From positions 372,001 to 436,000 of the forward strand of contig CDMY01000376.1 of assembly GCA_001179505.1 (NCBI GenBank): a stretch of 64,000 nucleotides of DNA. The letters run 5' to 3'. A program made the position numbers and the translations under genes. This DNA is from Vitrella brassicaformis CCMP3155. Taxonomy: Eukaryota > Protista > Chromerida. Positions 11,701 through 22,540 of the stretch are shown here, one piece after another. Under the pieces are notes generated by a model that was given only the letters and a program-made list of their open reading frames with translations, was not told the origin of the DNA and made no database searches. Position 1 is the stretch's first letter; each line of letters starts with the position of its first letter.

Positions 11701-14300
11701 GTCAGTCAGTCAGTACTGACCGGGAGGGAGGGACTTCATAATTAATACCTACCGTGACTCCTTCACCTCCGTTGCATTGCCCCGTTTGTGTCTCTCCTCT
11801 GCCCATATCAGACAGCGGCACCGCCAGGTCACTGAAGGCCCGCCAGTACGCCCAGCCGTCTCGTTACGGCGTCGGGCAAGCCACGGCCCAGCCCCTCAGA
11901 CAAACAACACCCGCTGCTGGACTAGGTAGGTACACACACGACACGATTTCAACCAGTCACTGGATACGCCAACGTCAAACCAAACCCAGCCCCGTTCCCT
12001 CTCCTCTCTTCCCCTCTCTGTATCAATCAGGTGCTTTGACGCCTTTTGGCGGGCCCGCCGGCCTCTCCCGTGGTCTCTCAGGCACCCTGCTCTATCAGTC
12101 GCCGTCCATCGCCGCCAAGGGCACGGGCGAGGAGATGGCGACGGAGGAGGCGGCCGTGACAGAGTGGCGGTGGAAGTGGCTGCGGCCGCCGCCCACCAAC
12201 CTCACTGTGGGGGAGTTTCGCAACCTATGGGGCACCGTCAGCACCGTGGGCGGTCGGGAGAAGGCCGCTGCCGACATTATTGAGGGGGAGAGGCGCGAGC
12301 ATGATCTGGAGAGGGACAAGGAGGGTGGTGGCGTGTTTAAGAACAAGGTGGTGCAGGGGGTCGGCTTGCAACAGGTGGGAGGGAGGGAGGGAGGGAGGGA
12401 GAGGAACCCGCCACACGGTCTCACATTCTTGAAACGTGTGTGTGTGTGTGTGTGTGTTGGTGCAGTTGGTAGTGGGTCCGCTGCAGTCTGACGAGGTGGC
12501 GCTGATCTTCGACGGGCTCTCGCGCCTGACCAGGAGGCTCAAGAGGCGACAGACCAGCGGCGCCGCACGGGCATCCGAACTCTCCTTCGACAAAATCAAA
12601 CTGTAAGTAACCACGACACCTCACCTCACACAGCACAGCAGTCCCTTGCTCACCTCACGTGTCTGTTCCTGCCGGTGTGTAGTGACCTGGACATCGGCTT
12701 CCTGCAGCAGCTGCACGAGGGTCGGCCCCGTCAGTGCGCTCTGTGTGGCGTGCGCTTCCGCACCGCCGCGGCATACCAGCAGCACATACAAAATCACTTC
12801 GAGAGGGTCAGCCAGCACTACACACATGCAGTGCACACGCGTCTACTCACACACGCGTGCAGGCGTCAGATCGACATCACAGGACAATTTGCCCCTTGTG
12901 TGCCCTGCCTGTGTGCTGTTCAGAATGAGGCCAAGAGGCAGCGCAAGCGCATGCAGGAGGGCGGCCGACTTCTCTTCGCCGAGCTCACCGTAAGCCATCC
13001 GTCCCATTTGGCACCACACACAACCACCCTCCCAACTCTCCTCTCCACCTGTGTGTGTGTGAAAGGACTGGATGGGCGAGAGCAGCACGGTGGCCGGTTG
13101 CACTTTGATGCGTGTGTACAAGGACAAGTGCTACGAGGTTGAGGGCAAGCAGCCGCCGGCCCGCAGCAAGGAGGGCGCTGAGGGCGAGGGGGAGGCCATC
13201 GATGTGGTCGAGATGGAGGAGGACATCGAGGAGGAGGAGGCCGACACTGAGGAGGCCATGGCGTATAGGAGCGTCGTACCCGCTGACGCCAACAAGGTCT
13301 GTGGCCACTCACCTCACTCTTAGTCAGCATTTGGTGCGGAGGTCAACTGCTGTGTCTCTCTCTGTGTGAGTGTGTGCAGAGTATATGCTGCCTGTCTTCT
13401 GAGCCCTTCGAGCGGGCCTTCAGCGAGACGCTTCACGACTGGGTCTACCTCGGTATGGTGGACAGCACACACACACACACACACGCACACACACACACAG
13501 GCCCTCCTGACTGAGGGTGTCTTTGATCCATGGGATGTGTGCATCAATCAGATGCGATCGCCATCGACTTGGATACCTTTGAGGAGGTGGCCTTCGACCC
13601 CACCAGCGACCCACTGTCGGCCCCAAAGGACGATGCCGCACGGCCGAAACACGACGGCGACCAGGACGGCGGACACGACGACGATGAAGAAATGCCCGGT
13701 AAGCCAAGCCAACAAACGAAGGCAACACCCATGCACCACACGCACCCCTGCTCTCATGCTCGTGTGTGCTGTCGCTGCACAGACCCCTCGATGAGCCAGG
13801 AGGCTCGCCATCAGTGGCGGTCCCGTCAGCGCATCAACCAGCAGAAGCGCCGCGCCCGCCAGGAGCTGGAGCGGCACGTCGCCACCGACTCCGGTGGCTC
13901 CATCCTGCCCGCCTCCATCTGCCTCGTCCGCCACTCTTGCTGGAAGGCACTGTCACACCCGGCGCGGCAGCGTTTTCTAGAGGACATGACGCTTGTCGAC
14001 GACCCGGCCGCCGACGAGACGGCTCCCCTGTCTGGGGCTGCTGCTGCGGGTGAGGATGAGGATGTGTGTGTGCAGGAGTTGCTGCAGCTGGGCCTGGTGC
14101 CGCTGGAGGGCATGATGGCGGCATTATCGGGTCATGGTGGTGACGAGCCGCAGCAAGAACATGGGCCGGAGGGAATGGGGGAGGGGCAGACTGCTGTGAG
14201 AGGGGAGGGGCAGGGGGAGGGGCAGGAGCATCAGCATGGGGGCGGGGGAGAGAGGGGAGGGAGGCGGCGGGCGGCAGCAGTCAGGAAGAAGCGATTCTGA
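8778..14300 (+). CDS. PCF11: PCF11-like pre-mRNA cleavage/termination factor (CID domain plus two zinc fingers)
   Basis: N-terminal CID (SRKRIEALTE...KLTLMYLIDSIVRN...QLLTYW), RDPR motif, C2H2 finger RQCALCGVRF...HIQNHF, and a second finger ICCLSSEPFE...DWVY.DA. Exon boundaries in the low-complexity middle are approximate. Confidence 0.85.
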
Positions 14301-15159
14301 TGAATGACCCGATCGATTGATCGATCGATTGCTGTGCGTAAGTAAGATTGAGCCAGGACGAGTGGAGCTTGCGATGCGCTTTTAGACAGACAGACAGACA
14401 GACATGCCATGCCCCCCAACGATTGCTTAATTGTTCAATTCACCGACCAACCAGTGGCGATGAAATGAATGAAGCCAGCATAGCATGCAGGCCAGGCAGC
14501 CAGCCGTATGTGTGTATTTGTGTGTGAGACAAGACAGACACAGCCGCTTATCTTATTGATTGGCTAATGCAATGTGTGTGGCAATACCCACCCCACATCC
14601 CCTCCCTCAGTACCTACCTACCAAGTGAATGCGTGACAGACGAACGGACACTTTCAACCATGAAGAACTCTCGATTGAATGAATGCTCACTGAAGTACTT
14701 TCATCAAGTCAATCGATCGACAAGAGAAGGTGCCGTGTGGCCACACACCCATCCATCCATCCATCAGGCGGGCTCTCCGCACCACGGAGGCCATGCACAT
14801 GCCATTAATGCACTGCGTAGCATGGGCCTACCTAGGACGAGCCACAAATCACATGTGGATAAAGCTAGTCATGTCAGTCATCAACACACAAGCACAACGG
14901 GTACAACACATACACGCAATCAATGTCTGGACACACCTACCTCACGGCACCCTTTTCCTTTCAGGACGCCACATACCCTCGCTCATTACATACCACGACG
15001 GACACCCACACACAGGCACACAGAGGGCGCGGCGCACGCCCTTCCCCTCACACGCAGAAGGGAGGGATCAGTCGCCGGAAGGATCAACAGGCTGCGGACA
15101 AATACACGCACACACACACACATCCATCCACCCGTCCATCCATTCATCCAATCATCCAA

Positions 15160-16506
15160 TCATTGTGTCCATGCGTAGTGTGTGCTCACCCCGACGAAGT
15201 CCACGAGGAACTTTCGCCACACGGCCCAGCCTCCCACATCGCCGAAGAGGCTGCCTTTGGGTTTCTTGAGCTCGAATCCCTCCTGGCGCACCATCTCAGC
15301 ATCGACGTCGAAGTCCTTCTCCACCTCATCCCTGACCTTCTCGAACCGGGGCGGCGGGCACGAAAACCCGGTGACCGACCAGCCATAAATGGCCTCGCCC
15401 CAGCTGCACACACACAGACAGACAGACAGACAGACAGACAGACGGAGAGGGGATTTATTGACTGCCGCCCGCTGCTCTTACGTCTGACAGATCCTTACAG
15501 GCGGAATGGAATAGCATTGCCCCACTCGGCGACGATATCTGGCTTCTCGACGGCGAACATGAGGCATTTGCTGGCCACGTCGAGAAATTCGCCCCAATCC
15601 CATGTGGCAGTGGGGGCCGCGCCGCTGGTCGACGATGACGATGCCGATGCCGAGGACGATGAGGATTGAGAGGACCGGAACTCCACAGGGAGGTGTTTGA
15701 CGTCAACCTGTGGTACGCGGGCACACGCATAGGTGCGTCCGTCGTTGGGTGTTGGAAGGAAGGATGCTGTGTTTCTTACTTACAGCCGCTTTGCAGAATA
15801 TGAGGAAGTCCTCACAGATGTCCATTCTCTCTCCTCCACTGTACAAACCGCGGGTCTCGCCCTGCACACACCATGGACACACACATACCCACCCACCCAC
15901 CCACACACACACCCCGCCCTCTCCATGTCCCTCCCTCCCCCTCGTCCGTCCGTCCCCTGCTCACGTACGTACCGTCAAGACGAGCTCATCCTCGACGCGC
16001 ATGCGGTAGACATCCACCACCCACTGGTAGGCACGGGCAGGCTTGAGCTCATACGGACCGCTGAAGCCCATCTTGGCCCCCGCCTGCACGTCGATCGGCA
16101 GGCTGCCGAACGGCGCACTCGCAAACTCACCACCGATGCCGCCGGCCTTGAACGCTGCTATCAGATTCTCAAGTTTGTCGCCATCCACTCCGCCCTGACT
16201 GTTGAAGACGCCCTCTAACTTGACGGCAGGGGCACTCGTGGCAGGAGCACTCGTGACAGGGGCAGCAGCTGGTGCAGGCGTCTTCTTGGCAGCAAACTGG
16301 CGCGTGCATGCTTGTTTATGGCCGCCGCTCCAGTCCTTTCTCTGGCATGCTTTGTCACAGTAGAAGCGTGACTGCAGACAGCAGCACCAACCAGACATAC
16401 AGGCAAGCATATAGTACAGTGGTCGCGCAGCGGTGCGTACCTTGCACAAGGAACACCGCTGCTGCGTCACCTTGCCACACACGCTGCACGGACCTGATGT
16501 ATCCAT
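15160..16506 (-). CDS. MYND zinc-finger protein with conserved uncharacterised C-terminal domain
   Basis: CSVCGKVTQQRCSLCK|SRFYCDKACQRKDWSGGHKQAC, then YRMRVED...GLYSGG...AVEKPDIVAEWGNAIPFRL|WGEAIYG. The true 3' end may include one further exon. Confidence 0.8.
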
Positions 16507-16646
16507 CCTTTACGCCGATTGCTCCTTTCGGCACAGGGCACTCTACGGGCGCTTCACGAGGTCCAGAAAGATAGGCAGACGTTTCCCTGACACATTGCGA
16601 CAGTCCGGTGCTGGAATGCGGGGAGGGAAGGGTTGGAAGACGTAAA

Positions 16647-16697
16647 TAGGGTTAAGGTTAAGGGTTAGGGTTAAGGGTTTAGGGTTAAAGCTTAGGG
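16647..16697 (+). repeat. Interstitial telomere-like repeat cluster (TTAGGG/TTAAGGG/TTTAGGG variants, about 8 units)
   Basis: TAGGG TTAAGG TTAAGGG TTAGGG TTAAGGG TTTAGGG TTAAAGC TTAGGG, in the spacer between the divergent MYND and heme oxygenase genes. Confidence 0.85.
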
Positions 16698-16779
16698 CCG
16701 AAAGAGGGAGATCGGCACGACGCCCTGAGTGTTTTCGAGGCTGCTGCTGCTGCTCACTCTTACCCCTTCACCCACCAGA

Positions 16780-18129
16780 ATGAACAGATCCACCCCATTT
16801 GTATCCCAATCTTCCCAACAGGCTGCATCCGACGCTCACGCCAGGCGCAGCTCCCGGCGGCAGGTGCGGCAGCGGCTCCGCCTGCCATCATATTGTATGT
16901 GGATCTCATTGATTCTCGGCCTCTGGGTCAAACCGGCTGCTGCCTTCCGCTCGCTGCTGAGGACGGCTCCCTCGCTTCCAAGGCACCCTGGGACATGGAG
17001 CAGGCGCACCCCACCATCATCCCTCTCCCCCGGCCTCCAGCTCCACATCCCTGTTCACCATCATCCCACCTCCCTCTCTGCGGCCTCGGCGACTGAGGCA
17101 GAGGCGAAGCGAGAGAAGAGGGCGCCGCCGTCCTTCATCAACGGCCCGTTGCGTCGGGCGGCCATGAAGCTGCACACGAGGGACCAGGCCAAGGAGGGAG
17201 AGCAGCCCGCCCAGACGCCCTTCACCAAATGGGCGCCCGGCCTGGCCGACTTCATGCAGTTCCTGGTCGACTCCAAGCATGTCTTTGAGACGCTGGAGCG
17301 GTGCGTGAATGAGACGGCTGAGCTGAAAGCCTTGCGTGGGAGTGGACTGGAGAGGACGGCGGCGCTGGACAGGGACGTCAGGTATCTGCTGGAGCTGGAT
17401 CCGTCGCTGAGTGTGCCGCCGGTGGGCCAACCCGGCAGGGCATATGCCGAGGTGAGTAAATGAGGGAGGGCTGCATTTAATGGGGGAGGGAGGGAGGGAT
17501 GGACACAACACACGCCTAGGCGGTGAGGTGAGCCAGTATATATCATTGGTGCTGCTATGTTATTGTGTGTGCAGCTGTTGCTGTCCAAGTTGGATGAGGG
17601 CATCCCTGTCTTCATGAATCACTACTACAACACCTACTTCGCCCACTCGGCCGGCGGCCGCATGATCGGCAGACGCATGTGCGACACGCTACTCGGCGGA
17701 CACCTGCTACACTTCTACAGATGGGAACAACCAGACACACACACCGCGACAGAGAACCACCACCACCATGAACAAGGCCATCATGCCAGCGGCTCTGGGT
17801 CTGGCGATCGGTCTGTGATAGAGGGGCTGTTGGCTGGTGTGAGGGAGAAGATCGACCGCATGGCCCTCAGCTGGACGGAGGAGGAGAAGCAAAAGTGCAT
17901 CGATGAGACGCCAAACGCTTTCAGGTGACTGACTGACGCTCAGTGACAGACAGACAGACAGACAGACAGAAGTCATGCGGAGGGAGGGAGGGAGTTTGCA
18001 TGTTTGTTAGTTACAGTGTGTGTTGGTGTCCTGTCTGTTGTGGTGTACACCACATGTATCAGGTACGGTGGCGGGCTGCTGAGCCACCTAGCCAAGCCGC
18101 CCAAGGAGAGCGCTGGGGAGGCAGTCTAG
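16780..18129 (+). CDS. HO1: Plant/algal-type (HY1-like) heme oxygenase with bipartite plastid leader
   Basis: RRAAMKLHTRDQAKEGE, FLVDSKHVFETLE, GLERTAAL..D, HYYNTYFAHSAGGRMIG, WTEEEKQKCIDET..AFR|YGGGLL. Leader MWISLILGLWVKPAAA-FRSLLR; alternative start at 16897. Confidence 0.92.
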
Positions 18130-21100
18130 TCTCCACGACTCATTTATAGACACCGCAGACAGACATACACACACGCATAAATACATGAATGAGCTTCATT
18201 CCTTCATTTGTGCCGACCGGCGTGACTGACGTCCATAGTCAGTCGTGTGTGTCATTCATACAGCCATCCATCATATCCCAGCCGTGAGTGAGTGAATATG
18301 AGAGCTTGAAGAGAGCAGAGAGTTTGTCGATATACAGGCAGTCGAGCCAGTGAGTGGTTTAAAGGCGTGCGTGCGTGCGAGAGGGCCAGGCAGCTTCGCA
18401 GTGAGTGCGTGTGAGTGAGTGAGTGAGTCCGTGAGTGCGGGTGTGGGCATGACATCCATCTGTCGCTGCCTGCGTGGGTGCGGGCCTACCTACATTCGGG
18501 CATCCCTGGCAGGCAGACAGCAATCGGTTATGACCAGCCAGTCATCTTGGCGTGATGGTTTGTCAGTCTGGAGGTCAGCGATGCGGTGCACATGTGGGGA
18601 CATGAACCGGCCGATGCGACAACGATGCATTCATCGATGTCTTGTGTTGGATGTCGTGTGATTGATGATGGATGTGGTGGCCGTTCCGGGCCGCCCCAAT
18701 GCGGGGCGGGTAGTGTGTTTGTCACTTTGTTTCTGTCTTTCTGGCTATCGCTCCTACCTAGCATTTCCTTCCGATTTTTCCTGAAAGCCATCCAGTCCGA
18801 TGAGTGAGGACGGCGCTCTTCACATCTATCTATCTACTTCGTGTCTGTCTGTGCATAATGCGATCAATGCATGTCTAGTGTGCGTGTGGGCCAGCTGTTG
18901 AACTAGTTAACTAACACGCACAGCGCTCTGTGTGGGACGACCGACCGGCCGGACGATTGAACTATGGGCGAATGGATGGATTGACGGTGAGTCCATCAGT
19001 CAGCGAAGGGAAATTAGGTTACAAAATGTCCCACGCAGCTAGCCAGCCAGCCAGCCAGCCAGCCGTCGGCCGGTCGAGCATCAAGCACACATAACATACA
19101 TGCCAACACGTACGTTAGTTATTAGTAGTCGCACGCACCATGAATGCACTTATTCCATGCACTCCACGCAGCGCAGCCACCGATTCATCCGGCCGGCCAT
19201 GTAAGTAATGTAGCATCTTGCTTACCTTACCCCCTCACTGGCCCAAACCCATCAACACATCCAAGTCATCCATCCATCCATCCATCAAAGCCATAGACAC
19301 ATGGCCAGGCCAGCAGGCAGCAGCAGCTCCACGCATCGCATCTCCTCTAGTAGGTGCGTGCAGTCGACCGACCAATATGATATGTGGGTGTGTGTAAATG
19401 AGTATGGATGTGCCCGCCTGTCTGCCTGCCTGCCCACTGGCCCGCCCGCCTCCCTCGCTTTGCTGCCTCGGTGTGCGGCATTCCGATCCGATCGGCCAGC
19501 CAGTAAGAGAAAGACAGACAGACTTATCATCGGTAGGTAATTGTGCGGAATATCATATGAGTCTGTCTGTCTGTCTGTCTGTGTGGGGCTATTTATTCAT
19601 GTGCGCACAGATAGACAGACAGATCAATGAGAGATTGATGATCATATCGTATCCGTCTGTCTGTCTGTCGAGGGACAGGACAGAAGCAGCCAACCCCACC
19701 CAGCCCACCCCAGCCACCCACCCGATATAGCAACCCGTTCATGACATTGAGGGGCCTGCGATGCGATATGACTGATGATCGATGATGTTATTTGGTGTAT
19801 ATCCATCCCAAGGCAAGGCCTTACTAGGTACTGTACTATAGACTTACCCACACACACACACACACACACAGACGCGCACTCACCCATGGCATGCACATGG
19901 CATGGGCACACAAACGGACTCACCCACACTCGGCCGAGAAGGTAGAGAGTGAGCAGAGCACGGAGCGGAGGGCATAAAGCAAGCAACAAGCACAGCCCCG
20001 AAAGAACGAATGAACCAACCACACACACACACACACACATAAATGGACTTACTTATCATCGACGAGGGCACGCCACTCCACCCACTCATGTAATGGATGG
20101 ATGGATGGATGCGTGTGTGTGTGTTCGGGTGCTCAGCTTATGTGTCGGTGGGGTGACGTGACTTAGGGCCACAAAAGGACTGACATCACGCACCATATAT
20201 ACCGTCCATATGGACACCAGACACAAGACCACTTACAAAGACACACACACACCAGCCACGCCATTCTCATAGACAGCACAGACTGCACCCATCAACCGGC
20301 CCCACCAGAAACGGAGACAGGATACACACCGACCTCCCGCCCGCCCACCTGCCTCCCACCTGCCTGTCGTCTGTCTGTCTGTCTGTGTCAGGGTGATGCA
20401 CTGACTTGAGAAAAGACCTGCGTGTGTGCACCGCATCCACAGTGGGCCCCAAAAAAAGGAAGAAACAACGCGTATGCAGAGCGTATGCAGGCAGGCGACC
20501 AGGTGGGTACAGGTGTGCAGGTGAGCAGGCGACTGACTAGGTGGGCAACATGACATGATACGCTAGGCTAGCGAAGAAAGAATGTGAAAAACAGCAACCC
20601 TTCCCATCCACTCATCCGCCCACCGATATCACCACACACACACGCACACGCGCACCAACTAGCAGCAGGCAGCGCGAGAGCAGTAAACCGGTTCGCAGGA
20701 ATGCATGAATGAATGGATGGACGAGTGTTGACAGGGAGGCTAGGCTGGTAGAGAGGAGAGACCATGAAATGTATGGATGGATGGATGGAAGTACGTATGT
20801 ATGTATGTATGTACACAGGGGAAACAACGAACCAACACCATACGAATGAATATCGTGCACATGCAAACTTCACGACTTACAGAGACAGACAAGACGGCCG
20901 GCCCGGCAGCTAGAAGCTAGAGAGAGATATAGACAGCCCAGCCAGGCGGACAGGCAGACAGCCAGGCGGACAAGCAGACAGGCAGGCAGACAGGCATGCA
21001 CACATTCATACATGCGTCAGTCACGTAGGTACACAAACGGACGGAGAGGAGTGAGGGAGTGAGGGAGGGGAGGGGTGGGGGATGGCATGCACGCACACAC

Positions 21101-22540
21101 ACCTCGCCGTGGCGCCAAAATCCTCTGCTTTGCCTCTCCTTCCTCCTTTTCCTCCCTACCTGCCAGCCAGCCACCAGTCAATAAGCAACAAGTCGTGTCA
21201 TTCAGAGAGCGATAGACAGACAGACAGACAGACAGGTCACTAGTGTGTGTCTGGGCCCGGCCAGCTGGCCACAAGACACCGCCACCCGGCCCCCCACCCA
21301 CACAACCCCCCTCCCTCTGTCGTCTCGGAAGCCGTGTGGCCAGAAACAAACAACCATTGCTGCCTGGCTGTTCACTCATTCCCATGGGTTGGCTCGAGGC
21401 AAAAATTTGTCTCAGCGCCTTGCTCGCTCGCCCCTCGCCACCGTGTGGTCCGTGTGATGTCATGCCTCTGCCCCCCTCCATACAGAATGCACCTGCCTGC
21501 CTGCCCTCCGTCGCTGATTCATTACATCAGTGTGTGTGGGTGTGCAGAAGTGTGTGAGCGTGTCTGTCTGTCTGTCTGTATGTAAGTATGTAAGTATGTC
21601 TGGTATGGAGTGCACAAATTGATAGATATGTGGATGGAATGGATGCAGCTTAGAAGTCAGTCAAAGTGCGTGGGGTGCGTGGGTGCATGCGTGGGTGGGT
21701 GGGTGCGAGTGGAGAGCCGAGAAGAGCCAGGGAGAGGAGAGCCTCACTCACTGAGACAGACAGAGACGGAGAGACGGGATGGGATGGAAACACACCAACA
21801 CGGATAGGATAGGACACACACACACAAACAGGTATACAAACACTCATATGCAATGCAACCCAACCACCCCACCCTGTCCTTCCCCTTCCTCACCTCCCCC
21901 ATGTCATGTCATGTCATGCGTGTTAGCCATGCGCCGATTCACTCACGTACTAAGCACAACACCGATCCATCACATCAGGCGAGTAACTCAGCTCAGACCT
22001 TACGGCCCTGTTGTTTGCCTGCCTGCCTGCCTGCCTGCCGGCTGCGGCAATCACAAAAACAACACTAGTCAAAATCCACTTTTACATCTCCACCGTCTCT
22101 CCCTCCCTCCCTCCCTCCCTCCCCCCTGTCCCCCTGTCGTTCCGTTGGCCGTGTGGACAATCAATCGTGAGAGTGTGTGTGTGGACACATTCATTCATCC
22201 AGGCGGACTGACTGACGAAATGGTATGGTGTGTGTAGGTGTGTAGGTTAGGTAGTAGTAATTACTCGAGTGAGTGAGTGATGTGATGCCCCCGTCTCTCG
22301 TCCATCACATCAATCATATCATATCATCATGACAGTCGCACCGCACAGACCGACAACCGCGTGTGAGCAAGCAATCGCGTGGCGTGGCGTGACAGGCAGG
22401 CAGGCAGGCGAACAAACCAATCTCGATAAATAAGGCAGACAGGCAGGCAGGCAGACAATCAGTCAACAAGACAGCCGAACGGGCAGGCAAGCGGACAGAC
22501 AAGCAAGTGCGTAAGAGTGTGCGTGTGTGTGTGCGTCTCA

